NCBI RefSeq assembly: GCF_009914755.1 | Contig: NC_060941.1 | Reading direction: 5' to 3' (one strand) | Origin: the human T2T-CHM13v2.0 reference genome, Homo sapiens | Length of the DNA stretch: 64,000 nucleotides | Shown: in pieces, positions 29,490 to 42,575 of the stretch | Layout: the number at the start of each line of letters is the position of its first letter | Numbering within the stretch: position 1 is the first letter of the stretch | The notes under the pieces: model-generated | The model's database searches: none | What the model was told of the DNA's origin: nothing | Seen by the model: the letters and a program-made list of their open reading frames with translations, nothing else | Program-made: the position numbers and the translations under genes

Positions 29490-29990
29490 TTATTCATTCA
29501 TTAATCCAAACACTCATTCAGCAGGGATTTCTTGGGGGCCTACCTTGTACTGGGCTCTGTGGTCCTGGGAGATGCAGCAGGGAATAGAGTCACAGGCTTG
29601 CACTCATAGAGAGAACCTTCTAGCTGGGGAGACAGACAACAATGACAAAAACACATAGCACTAGGAAGGGAGCCAGTAGAATTTCAGGTGAAGAGTAATG
29701 GGAGATGGGAACCTACACAAACTGGAGAGACCCAGGAAAGCCTCCTGAGAAGGTCCTTTAAGATGAGCTGTGAGGCCAAGGAAGAGCAGGCCAGGCGAAG
29801 GCAGAGGGGACAGCCTTCCAGTGAGTGGAAACAGCAAATGCAAAGGCCTCGAGGCGGGGCAGGGCTTGTGCTTTTGGGGAGCAGAAAGAAGGTCACGGAA
29901 AAAAAACAGCGTGATTCATGGAGAGAGGCCCAGGGCTGAAAAGGGAGAGGCAGGAGTGGGGCTCATGGTCTCTAGAAAACAGACTGGGTT
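29490..29990 (-). mobile_element. L2
   Basis: TTCATTCATT..CATTCAGCAG..TTCTAGCTGGGGAGACAGACAA..CAGGAAAGCCTCCTGAGAAGG..GGAAACAGCAAATGCAAAGGCC. Confidence 0.8.
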
Positions 29991-30799
29991 TGAGTTTGTG
30001 TAATAGCCTGGTGAGGACGGTATTATTATTTCTGCTTCCATTTTACAGTTACAGAAACAGAGGGCAGCATATGATACTGGGGGGTACTGGGATAGGGCTG
30101 TGTTATTGATTGATGGGGGACCTTTGACGGTCAGAAATGGAGGGAGGCTGGTGGTGTACCCCCTTGACTTCACCTGAATGTCAGGGCAAGGCCAGGAGCA
30201 TGCAGGAGGCTTAAAGATTGGGAACCCCTATTCTTGGGCCTTCTCCCCATTCTTTCTGGAGCAATTGGAAGAGGCCCATGGGAGGGAGGTGACTGTCATG
30301 ATGTCCCCCACTATGAACTATGGGAATGGCTGGAGGGTCACTGGGCCTGGTGCTCCAGCTGCCTGACCTGCAGGGAAGTGGTACCTGCAGGACCTACAGT
30401 GAGGGAGTGTTGACACCCTGGCTCTGGGAAGGAGCTCATGGAAAGTTGGGTGAACTTCTTGTTAGACTACGCAGGCTTTCAGAAGTGCATTCCATACGGA
30501 GTGGGGTGGCCTCCCCAGGGAGGAGCAGAGGGCAGCCACTGGAACAAGCTACAGCTACAAAAGACCACCTTTATCCCTCTCAAGTTCTCCCAGGGGCCCC
30601 TGTGTCTGCCTGTACTAGAGGAAGTTTCCAAAGGATTTTCCTTTCCCCAGGATGAAGAATGAGGCCACACTGCCAAAGCAAGATCTCGTGCTATGTGTGA
30701 TTGAATCTCCTGCTGGGCGCCAAGCAGGAATCTCATCATTTCCCCACAGGCCCTGAGAGCACACAGGCCTCATCCCCACCCCACCACAGTGCAGTGCAC

Positions 30800-31023
30800 T
30801 CACTGCAGAGCCAATGAGGCCTGAGCTCAGGGTCTGCGTCTGCCTGCATCTGCATGGCCACTTCCATCTGTGGTACTTGTTAGTTTATTTTAAATGTGCG
30901 ATTTGTTTGGTTGCATTTTCTCCTTCTAAATATACAGTAGTTTTTGCATGTAATTATGTATTTTTTAAGAAGGGCTCCCAAATTGTGCAAGCTTCAGGCC
31001 TCACAAAACTGGATTGGCCCCTG
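30800..31023. mobile_element. MER96B-like hAT-Tip100 fragment
   Basis: Terminal AAGCTTCAGGCCTCACAAAACTGGATTGGCCCCTG. Confidence 0.55.
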
Positions 31024-31317
31024 CCATCTATAAGGAAAAAGGCAACTGGTTTGTGAAGTGCTGGCCTGGCTGCTCCTCCCCAGGAACCAACCAGATAGGG
31101 AGTTTCTTAGGTGAAGCTCAGTGGTCTCTGGTCCCGATCCACAATGATAAACTGGCCTGCATCCAGCCCCACCTTTCTCCTTCCCAGTTGAATGCATTTT
31201 GTTCAGGCATCTGTTGTCATGCACACCTCAGAAGAAACTGACTCCTTTCCCTGGCCCAGGGGAGCATCTGGTTGGCCTATGATCATTTCACTCCCCTTAT
31301 TCATAATTGGTTAAGGG

Positions 31318-31545
31318 CAGAGTTTCTCAACCTCAGCACACATGTACATTGGCGGCTGGATAATTCTTTGTTGTGGGGCTGTTCTGTGTATTATAGAATG
31401 TTTCACAGCATCCCTGGCCTCTACTCATTAATACCAGTTGCACCTCCCCAAATTGTGATAATCAAAGATTTCTCCAGGCATTTCCAAATGTCCCCTAGAG
31501 GGCAAAATCCCCGCCACAATGTATATGTGGGTTGGGAACTACCAG
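31318..31545 (+). mobile_element. MER20 hAT DNA transposon
   Basis: CAGAGTTTCTCAACCTCAGCAC..GGATAATTCTTTGTTGTGGGG..AGCATCCCTGGCCTCTAC..CCAAATGTCCCCT. Confidence 0.9.
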
Positions 31546-32125
31546 TTTAGGGTGACCCTAATTCTGGCCAATGAGACTTGAAAGAAACTCTGCAGGGCCC
31601 TTCCTGGAGCATTTCAAAGATTCCCCATAATTTTCCAATGATGCCCAACTCCTTGCAGCAGTGAGCAAGGCTCTGCGCAGCTGGAGGGCTGGTCTGTGTC
31701 TCAGCTTTGGGCTGTTACTCACGCCGTTCCTGCTTCCTGAAATCCTGAAATTTTCCTTCACCTGGTCGGCTCTAGTCCTGCCAGGTTCAGAACCCAAAGC
31801 CTCTCCTCTGTGTTATTCTGGTGTCGTGCACATATGCTTGTCACTGCATTTATTACAGTGACTGGAATTATTAATTCACTGTCCTCTGTCCCCTACTAGA
31901 ACATAAGATCCTTGAGGGCAGGAGACACACTCATGCTGACATCTCTAGTGTCGTCTAGTGGCTGGAACATGGTGGAGCCTCAATAAATGATATTTGACCT
32001 GTATTAACTTTCTGCCCCTCACTTTCTCATTTATAAAAGGTAGTGCTTGTACAAGGTGACCTTTGTAGAACTCTATGACTCCACAGTCAGGGGCCAGTTC
32101 CACACAGGATGGCATCAGTGACATC

Positions 32126-32429
32126 TTTTTTTTTTTTTTTTTGAGACAGAGTCTCTCTCTGTTGCCCAGGCTGGAGTGCAGTAGTGCAATCTTGGCTCAC
32201 TGCAAGCTCCGCCTCCCGAGTTCACGCCATTCTCCTGCCTCAGCCTCCTGAATAGCTGGGACTACAGGTGCCCGCCACCATGCCTGGCTAATTTTTTTTT
32301 TTTTTATTTTTAGTAGAGACGGGGTTTCACCATGTTAGCCAGGATGGTCTCAATCTCCTGACCTCGTGATCAGCCCACCTCGGCCTCCCAAAGTGCTGGG
32401 ATTCCAGGCATGAGCCACCGTGCCCAGCT
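32126..32429 (-). mobile_element. AluY
   Basis: CTGCAAGCTCCGCC, TTCACGCCATTCTCC, GTTAGCCAGGATGG; TSD-like (G)ACATCTTT / GGCATCTTT. Confidence 0.95.
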
Positions 32430-33018
32430 GGCATCTTTCTGTGATGACATTTCTGTGAGCAGGCATCTAGGAGAGGATGAGCTCCATTTTCCCATTTTCT
32501 ATTCTCCCCACATCCAGAAGACCTGCGTGCGGCCTCTAGAAATCACATTAAATCTATCAATTAGAAATAACAATAATGTTAGAATAATCTTCATGTTTTA
32601 GTCCTGATAGTTCAAAAAAGTTAATCTCTTGCATTCACTCCTGGCTTAATGCCACAGTCAAATTAGATTTATGAATTTAGCATGATTGCAAGAGAACAGA
32701 TAGCTGCATGTTCTGCTGAGCCAGTGCAAACCTTTAATGTTTAATTAAGAAGTGGAATTAGGAGTTAAGTATGCCTTGCTTGGGATATTAAAAAAAAAAT
32801 AAGAAATAGCCTTAAGTCTTCCAATCACAGCCAACTTCCAGCCTCTCCAGCCTGCCAAGATTATTCTCAGGGGAGATAACTTTGGAGAATGGTGCTTCCC
32901 AGTACTAAGGTAATGCTGTCTTTATTTTAACAGTGAATGAAGTAAGCTATACAAGCAAGCTGAAGCACTTCAACATCTGCCCACAGCTCCCATCCATTGC
33001 AAGAGATGTAATTGTCAT

Positions 33019-34066
<1,048 letters not shown>

Positions 34067-34376
34067 GTCAGCTTGATAGAAAATCATTAGAATATCCATA
34101 CATTTGCATATAGATTTTGCTTTTAGTTCTTTACACAAATCTAGCTAGTTGTTTTTGGTACACTTCTGCTAATAATTCTCCATACTCTTTCTGTTTTTGA
34201 CTTCTAAGGATCTTCCATAAAAGGCTCTAGGCTAGAACCTGGTCTACAAATTATACACCCTGGCATGTCCAAAAGCAAAATGCTGCCTACATCTCCTGAA
34301 AATGCAGGAATGTCAGAAAAGCTGCTGAAGTGGTGGCTACCAGGAGCTCCAGGGGCCTAGCACCCACTCCCAGCCC

Positions 34377-34684
34377 GACCCTGGGGTGGGGAGGGTGGTG
34401 CTCTTCAGAGTGGCTCATTTTAGAGCTGACTACCCAAGTGCAGAAGAAACAACGTTTTAAATATATCGGGCAGCAGAGCAGCTAGATATTAAGGTTCTTC
34501 TTTGCAGGACATCATGAAATATTGTTCATGACGACCCTGACCCTGGGTTGGGCGCGGGTGCTCTTCAGAGTGGCTCATTTTAGAGCTGACTTCCCAAGTG
34601 CAGAAGAAACAACTTTTTAAATACGTCGGGTAACAGAGCAGCTAGACATTACGGTTCTTCTTTGCAGAACATCATGAAATATTG
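34377..34684. repeat. 160-bp tandem duplication (2 copies) of non-TE sequence
   Basis: 34398-34524 vs 34558-34684: 127 bp ungapped, 9 mismatches. Confidence 0.97.
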
Positions 34685-36309
34685 ATGTTAAGCTAAAACG
34701 AATATAATAAATGTATGATTGCCTGCTAAATTGGTCATTATCTTTTTTAGATTCTGGCTTTGACAGAAAGTAGCAGGCCCCAATGGTTTAAGAAAGAAAG
34801 GAAAAAATTTTTTTAATTGAGGAAATCATATCCACGTCTTTTTTTTTTTAATTGTTGAAAAGATGTCCACAGTCAGATTTCAGAGGAAGAACAAATTGGT
34901 CCCAGTCAAGAGCACCGTCTTGTGGGAATACCATTGTGTTCTGTACGGAGCTGGAAAAATACATAACAGCAGGATCCTATTGTGAAACCAGATATTATGC
35001 GGAAGTCTAGGCATGAGACAGATATAAGTGGAGCTGTCATATCGAAGCAGAAATAGCAGCCCTCTGGATTGTCTTCCCCCTCCAGCCTTTATCCCAGCAC
35101 CATGGCAAGCCCTTGAAGCAAGAAAGTCCTGCTAACTGCATGACTTTGGTCTAGTCCTCACGTTCTGGTTCCCCCTGGGGGGGCTTAGTCTTTCACTGAG
35201 AGGAGAGACGTGTACACACGGATGGAGGTCAGGTTTCCCCCCTCCCCAACCCTCTCTAAGGCAGCAGGTGCGTTTGTTGCTTTCCAGATAAGTAGAAACC
35301 AATCCTTCACCCCTGGAGTGGTCCTGAGTGGGCTCCTGATCTACCATGCCCTGCTCCCACACCCAGCGTGAAGATGAATGGCTTCTCTCCAGGCCACCTC
35401 GCGCTCCTCCATCCATCACTGCTGCATGTGTGGCCCTCAACAGCCAGAAGGCTTCTGTCTCCACTTCTTCAATGACTCTCCTGCCTTCCCCAGCCGTGCT
35501 CCAGCAGCCCCCTCTAACACCCTGCTCCCACCTGAGCTCCAAATTACCCTGACAGCTAGTCCTTGATAGGGGATGATTGGGGACCATGTTTCCAATCAAG
35601 GAGTGACTAGCTGTGAAATCCCAGACTCCAAAGTACTTGCTGTCTCCTGGAAAACAAGGAATGGGCCTAGCCAACCTGATAGGGATTGTTTGAATTCTGA
35701 GAGGAAGGAGGCCGGCAGACTTGGTCCTTTTATTTATTTGAAGAGAGTTTGTTGCTCCTTGGTTTTACTGTACCCCTTCTGGTCATTTATTTCTTAGCTG
35801 ATCCTCTCAAACCTCTAGATGGCAGAGTCCACCAGCCCCATTGGTCAGGTGGGTAGACTAAGGCCTTCAGACAGCACTCAAACAAGATTCTCGGCAGCGT
35901 CTGATATGGTGCCCATATCTCTGCTTAGCTATGTCAAAAAAGGACCAGGCAGGAGGTTATGCGGAAGGGCCTGTTCTCAGCTGAGTGGCTGCTGCTCTCA
36001 GTCACGGGGGACCGGGACACGGGGGACCAGGGACTCGCTCACACTTTGCTTTGGGAATCGGCCTCCTGCATGAGCGTGGGCCAAGGCTGTTTCCCCACTT
36101 GACGACAGTGTTCATCTTGTTCCCACCTCGGAAGTGGGAGGTCGGAATCCTCAGCTCCAGCAGGAGGAAGAGCCTGGGCTGGAGTGGGTTTCTGAGTTCT
36201 TAACAGCTGCAGCAGGGAATTCTACAATGGCTGGAGGAGTAGGCAACACTGAAGCCAGGCAGGGGTATGAAGGTGCAAGTACCGGCACAGGTAGCAGAAA
36301 AATGGCCAA

Positions 36310-36548
36310 AGAGCACGCTATTCTTGATAAAATCACACTGTATTGGGGGCTGCAAAAACCTAGGATTCTTCGGATGGAGAACCTATAGGAGGAGTTCCTA
36401 TGGAGAGCACCCAGGGTACTTTGCGGGTGAGGGTGTAAGGGCTCCCCCTGCTGGGGTGGAGTGGAACACCAACTAATCTCTTGTCCTGTTCAGTATGTAA
36501 TTCTGTACAAAGTATCTGGCAAAGTCTTGGCCCATAGGGTTTACAGCC
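36310..36548. mobile_element. Ancient MITE-like repeat, copy 1
   Basis: Co-linear similarity to 51175-51437. Confidence 0.6.
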
Positions 36549-37049
36549 CCAGCTGTGCTTAATTTCTCTCTCTCCTTCTCCCCACCTGAAACCCCCTCAG
36601 GCTGGTTGAGATCCATGGGCAACTCTGCTGGTCCTCAGTGCTCCTGCAGAAGAGAGAAGAGAGCTCTCTTGGCATTCCTGCAAGCAGCCTTATGTAGGAA
36701 GAGCCCAGCTCTGGCCTTGCAGTCAGAATGACTGGCCTGATGCTGGGATCACCTCCCAAACAGCTCCTGGAATTGGCCTTGTCCTGCCCTACTCTCCAGT
36801 GTGCATGTGAGAGTTTCTGTCTCTGAATTTCCATCCTGACTTCTGGGAAGCAGGTCTGAGGTCAGCTCCCATCTGTGAATTAGGCTTGGGCAGCCAGAGT
36901 CCCAAGCCATCAATTGAATTGGGGGTGAAAATGGGGACAGGACTGGGGTGATACCAGTAGAGTTACATCAGGGAGGGGCAGGGGTTGGGAAAATAAACCT
37001 AAATGCAGTCTAGCCAAGAACAGTCTAGCTGAGGCCATGAATGACCAAG

Positions 37050-37275
37050 GGAACCTATGCGGGCTTTGGGGTTACACAGACCCAGGTTTAAATCTCAGTT
37101 TTTCTATTGACAGTGTGTCCTTCGATGAGTGGCTTAGCATCTCTGGGTCTCAGTTTTTTCATATACAGCAAGGACAAGAGGAATGCTTTCTTAACAGGAT
37201 TGTGAAAACCGAATGGAATAACACTTAAAACATCTAGAACTGTACGAGGCACATCATAGGTGCCTGATGTGAGTT
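37050..37275 (+). mobile_element. MIR
   Basis: CAGACCCAGGTTTAAATCTCAG..TCTCTGGGTCTCAGTTTTTTCAT..CAGGATTGTGAAAAC. Confidence 0.75.
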
Positions 37276-38926
37276 CTTTCTTCACCTTCCCTACATTCTT
37301 CAGTTCATGAACGGAGTGGCGTCAGTACCAGGGAGTTGTAGCAGAGCCCTAGGGAGTTGGAATCTGGAGGGAGAGGATCAGGTGGAAGTTGGGTTACCCC
37401 TTAGGAGAGAGGCAAGAAGGAAGATCCAAACAAGAGAAGTAACAGAGGTGGCAAGCCACCATGGGCTGCTACCCAGGGTGATGTTTCTCATGCATCAGGA
37501 TAGATTCTTCCAACACTGAGTCCTGCTGTCTCCACCTTATTGCCTAGGAAGGTCCAGCCCCTCTCTTTCCCTGCCACAATGGATGGAAGTCCCTGGTATT
37601 GTGGAAGAGGAGAAGATGGGGGCTCTTAGAGGAACCTCCCCTCCATTCCTATTGTGCCCCAGCCCACGCAGCTCTCATCCCCTTCAATGTGGCTCTGGGT
37701 GGCAGGTGCCAAAAGATGAATCCAGACAGTTCATGGGCCATCTCCTCTGCAGCCAGAGAATAAGAGAGGATAATTATTCATTGGATGTAGTTTACGGCAT
37801 TTAGTTGCAGGTCCTGTGCTGAGGGATGGTCACAGCCCAAGCCTCTCTAATGACCTGGAGAGCAGAGAAAAGGATGCTATTATTCTGTTTATTGAGAATT
37901 AAGATAAATCTGGTTAGAGGAGAAGCCATCCGCTATTTGGCTCTTCCCAAAAGCAATTACCTATAATTTTGCTGCTTCAGGAAAGAAAGTCACTAGTATT
38001 TGTGGGACCGAAACCATTACATGCAACCTGAGAAGGCCCAGAGGAGATTAATCATAGCATTTTTCTCAGTGCTGCATCAATCTCACTTCCTCTCAATTTG
38101 GGCTCAATTTACAGGCTACTCAGTTCCCCACAGATGCAGGGAGAGGGGAATGTGTGTGTTGGGGGTGGCCTGAGGGTTAATTGGAACATTTTGCAAACCA
38201 CCTTTATCAAAGCAGAGGTAGCCTGCTGGCCTCTTAGTTCAAATGGTTTCATCCTGTCCAGCTGAGAGGTGTGTTGGGTCTGGAGACTTCGTGTTGGTTT
38301 TGTGTAGTTGTGTGTGTTTAGATTAAAGATCCTAACTTAATGGGGCAACTGTTCTTTACTGCCCTGTTGCGGCCCACTGGTGTGTTAGGATCAATTGCAA
38401 GGTGTGTTACAAGTAAGTTTTTGCTACTACCAGTAAAAGTACTGAAGTTTTTGAATAATTTACCTAAGAAATAGTTTCCGACAGAATGAATGTTAACTTA
38501 ACAGTATTAGTACACCCACTCACCTGTGATGTACTTAATGGAGCAGGAGGGAACAGGCTGCCATCAAAGCTAACTCCTGGAAATGACCTAGAACCCACAG
38601 CCTGTCTCAGCCGTGCTGCATGTTCCAGCAGGGAACAAAGCGACTGTTGTATTATGTAAAATTACTTACCTGATAATAAAATGTTTGTGGATTGGATAAA
38701 TTTGAACGGATATATTGTTTCCTTCACCCCACCCCCACTAGTGGCAAAAGCTGCTCTGTATGAATCTGAGTACATTTCTGTGACAGTATTCCTCATATGT
38801 ACAGCATTCTATGTGAATCATCTCCCAAAAATTGCCATGGGGCCATTATCCCCAGTTCTTAACTAGAGAAACTGAGATTCTGGAAGTCCCTCTGAATGGC
38901 CCATACTTCCCCAGGTGTCTCTGCAG

Positions 38927-39243
38927 GAAACAATGTGGACAATCACAGTAGTTGGAAGGACAATGACTGACCTAATGGAGTTCAGGACGCTATGACTGTT
39001 GGCACCTGATGTGCACAGCTGCTCCCATCTGCGCAGAGAGAATATAAAGGCAGTGGCGCTGAAACATCTGCTGCTTTCACTCACCATCAAGATGGAACTG
39101 ACTGTACATGCAAGCAAATTTTGATGAAGAGAGTGATCTCAGAGTGCGAAGATAAGTTGTTTCTCCTTGACACCTAGGAATGCACCTGGCCAAGACCCTC
39201 AGTTGAAAGACAATATCAAATAAATGCAAAATCTAAATATCCA
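38927..39243 (+). ncRNA. Candidate lncRNA terminal exon
   Basis: Acceptor CTTCCCCAGGTGTCTCTGCAG| at 38926, repeat-free body, AATAAA 39219-39224, CA near 39242, downstream GU/U-rich TGTGCTTGTTTACTTTT. Confidence 0.4.
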
Positions 39244-39289
39244 TGTGCTTGTTTACTTTTCCCCCTTAGATAATGGACTGTAGCCATTG

Positions 39290-39434
39290 CATATTTATTT
39301 ATTGGTTTACCTTTTAGTAGAGATGAAGTCTCACTATGCTGCCCAGGATGGTCTCAAACTCCTGGGCTCAAGTGATCCTCCCACCTCGGCCTCCCAAGTA
39401 CTGGGATTACTGGCACGGGCCACAGCACCCAGAC
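39290..39434 (-). mobile_element. FLAM/AluJ left monomer, next to a MER20 fragment (39440-39545)
   Basis: Single left arm; adjacent AGCATCCCTAACCTCTAC..CTAGATGCCAGT..CAAAAATGTCTC. Confidence 0.8.
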
Positions 39435-39659
39435 TAGCCTCATGGTATATTTAAAAGCATCCCTAACCTCTACACGCTAGATGCCAGTACACACTAGACA
39501 CCACCTCCAGTGGTGTCAATCAAAAATGTCTCAGAGACATAGACTCAGTAATATGTATCCCTCTTTCCTCTATCCTTCAGTCATTCAATCTCCACTTCTA
39601 CCCCTGCCCTGGAGGCAACCAATCTGTACCAATTTTCTGTGTATCTTTTCTATAGAAAT

Positions 39660-40130
39660 ATTAGATTGAATGATTCCCCCTCACCCCAGACAATATGCCA
39701 TGTCCAGATCCCTGCAGCCAGTATATATTACCTTATTTGGAAAAAAAAGTGTCTCCACAGATATACTTAAGTTACAGGTTTTGAGATGATATTTCATGAT
39801 GGATTACCCTGGTGGGCCCTAAGTCCAGTGACCAGTGTCCTCTTCAGTGCCAGAAGAGAAGACACAGACACACAGAGCAGAAGGCCATGTGATAGAATTG
39901 GAGTGAGGTGGCCACAAGCCAAGGAAGCTAAGTTGTGCTGACAACCACCAGAAGCTGGAAAGGCAAGGAAGATTTCTACCCTGGAGCCTCCAGAGGGCGT
40001 GCAGCCCTGCTGATACCTTGATTTCAGACTCCGGTCTCCAAAACTGAGTCCAGAAACTTTTGTTGTTTCTGTTGCTTTAAGTTTCCCAGTTTGTGGTAAC
40101 TTGTTATAGCAGCTCTAGGAAACTAACTCT
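39660..40130 (+). mobile_element. MLT1C-like LTR
   Basis: ACCTTATTTGGAAA..GGTGGGCCCTAA..GGCCACAAGCCAAGG..CCACCAGAAGCTGG..CTAGGAAACTAA. Confidence 0.85.
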
Positions 40131-40249
40131 CTCTGCAAATAGAGGTATATATATTTTTTCCACAAACTCACAATGATAAGGCACATTGTTCTGCACCTTG
40201 CTTTTTTAACTTAAAATTCTATTATAGAAATCTCTTCATATCAATATAG

Positions 40250-40738
40250 CTTCATTTATCTATTATTGTGTAAAAAGCCACTCAAAAACATAGTGACTTA
40301 AAACAATAACAATTATTTGTTAGCTCATGGTTCTGCAAAGTGGGCAGGACTCAACTAGGCTGGGTCATCTTTGCTCCCTATGGCACCAGTTGAAGCTAGA
40401 ATTTCCAAGTCTGTTTTTTCACTGACATTTCTCAGCTGATGCCTCAGCTAGGATGGCTAGGACAGTTGGGGGCTTTTGGCATCTTTTGCTCTTCATGTGG
40501 TTTCTCCATGTGGATGCATGGGCTTCTTCATAGTATGATGGCTGGGTTGTAAGAAGTGTTCCCAAGAGAGAAAGTTCCAATATGCAAGCTCTTATTAAGC
40601 CTCCATTTGCATCTTGCTCTCAATGCCAAAAACTAGTCACATACCCAAGCCCAGAAACAATGCGGGAGGGGACTATACAAGGGTTTAAGTTTTGAGAGGT
40701 ATGGTTTGTTGGGGGCTGTCAAAGTAAGTCTACCACAA
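40250..40738 (-). mobile_element. Older MLT1 LTR (F/G/H group)
   Basis: CAAAAACATAGTGACTTAAAACAATAAC..GCTCATGGTTCTGC..CAAAAACTAGTCAC..CCAAGCCCAGA..CTACCACA. Confidence 0.7.
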
Positions 40739-40790
40739 GTAGACTTGCATATTTTCATTTCCCAAAATTTACTTTAGGCATGTAATCTAG

Positions 40791-41112
<322 letters not shown>

Positions 41113-42213
41113 TAGACAGTTACTTTTCATTCTTAACAGTTAAATAGCATTTCATTATCTGGATGGACTAATTTATTCAGTTCATATACTAATGGATATT
41201 TATATTACTTCCAAACTTTTGTTGTTAAAAATGATGCTGCAAAAATATTATTTTATGTATACATCATTTTGCACATCTGTGAGAATATCAGTGTGCTGAA
41301 TACCTAGCAAAATTGCTGGTTAAAACAGCATGTGCACGTATAATTTTGATGGAAATTGATTGACTAATTGCCCCACATAGAGGTTGTACCAAATTACATT
41401 CCTATCAGCAATGCATGAAAGCAACTATTTCCCCCACACTCCAATCATCCTAGGCATCAAACATTTTTTGCTTTGCCAGTGTGATAGGAAAAACATAGTA
41501 TTTATTTTTGTTTTCATTTCTATTTCTCTTCTGATTGAGATCAATCATGTTTGCACATTTGTAAGAACTATCTATATTTTCTTTCTATGAGCTGTAGTTA
41601 TTTCCTTTGCCCATTTTTGAGGATTGTTGGTCTTTTTCTTGTTAATTTTAAGGAGCTACTTATACATTAAAGTGATTGTGCCTTTGACCATAATATAAAT
41701 TGAAGATTTTTTTTTCTGATTTTAAAGCATGACTTTGTTCATGGTGGGGTTTTTGTTCTATGCAGAAATTGGATTCTATGTAACCAAATTACTCTCTTCT
41801 CCCATGGCTTCCACATATTGTTGTATTTAGGAAGGTTTTCCACATTAACAGATTATATATGTGTGTGTATTTATGTATATGCATGCATGTGTGTGTGTGT
41901 GTCTGTGTATACATCTACAACTACGGGTAACTTAACAACAGGGATACATTCTGAGAAACACATCGTTGGGTGATTTTGTCATTGTGATAACATCATAAAG
42001 TGCACTAACATGAACCCAGATGGTATAGCCCACTGCACACCTATGCTATATGGTAAAGCCCATTGCTTCTAGACTACAAACCTGTCCAGCATGTTACTGT
42101 ACTGTATATTGCAGGCAATTGTAACAAAATCTAGAAATAAAATCTTATTTCTAGAATACACTGTATTCTATACACCATATTCTACACACCATACTCAATA
42201 CACCATATTCTAT

Positions 42214-42289
42214 AGTTAGGTAAGCAAAACAAGCAATTAATATCAAACCTGCACCCCAAAAAATGTTGGTTTGTATCCTTCCTGTGCTA
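42214..42289 (+). pseudogene. Mitochondrial tRNA-Met pseudogene (NUMT)
   Basis: AGTTAGGTAAGCAAAACAAGC...CACCCCAAAAAATGTTGGTTTGTATCCTTCCTGTGCTA vs mt-tRNA-Met AGTAAGGTCAGCTAAATAAGC...TACCCCGAAAATGTTGGTTATACCCTTCCCGTACTA; directly upstream of ND2, as in mtDNA. Confidence 0.85.
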
Positions 42290-42575
42290 ATCAACCCCTC
42301 AGTTCCTATCATTATCCTCTTCACCCTCTTCACAGGAACTACAATCACAGTATTTATCTTGCACTGATTACAAGTCTGGATAGGGCTGGAAGTAAATATA
42401 CTATACATTATTCCTATCCTATCCTAGTTAAAAAAGCAACTCCCCACTTCACAGAACCCACTACTAAATGATTCTTTATACAAGCAGCTGCATCCATAGT
42501 CCTAACAGTAGCTATGATTATTAACATAAGGTACTCTGGACAATAAACAGTTATAAAAGTCTTGAACCAAACAGT
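42290..42575 (+). pseudogene. MT-ND2 5' pseudogene fragment (about 95 codons, NUMT)
   Basis: Mitochondrial-code translation MNPSVPIIILFTLFTGTTITVFILHWLQVWMGLEVNMLYIIPIL / VKKATPHFTEPTTKWFFMQAAASMVLTVAMIINM*YSGQ*TVMK aligns to the ND2 N-terminus (MNP..GT.IT..HW..W.GLE.NML..IP.L.KK..P..TE...K.F..QA.ASM..SGQW); 5-bp duplication frameshift near 42420 plus stops. Confidence 0.92.

Noticed and set aside
34377-34684. CRISPR-like or VNTR array
   Set aside because: Only two adjacent copies, no spacers, eukaryotic context.
35132-35674. 180-aa ORF, the longest in the window
   Set aside because: No recognisable domain or supporting exon structure; the length is compatible with chance in GC-richer DNA.
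38662-38672. TACTTACCTG resembling the U1 snRNA 5' end
   Set aside because: The similarity stops there (no GCAGGGGAGA); better read as a minus-strand splice donor.
39043-39083. TATA + Inr promoter
   Set aside because: The best Inr-like A (39079) is about 36 nt from the TATA start, beyond the usual spacing; not called.
42271-42471. 66-aa ORF over the NUMT
   Set aside because: Only its last ~17 residues are in the ND2 frame, after the frameshift; not a functional gene.
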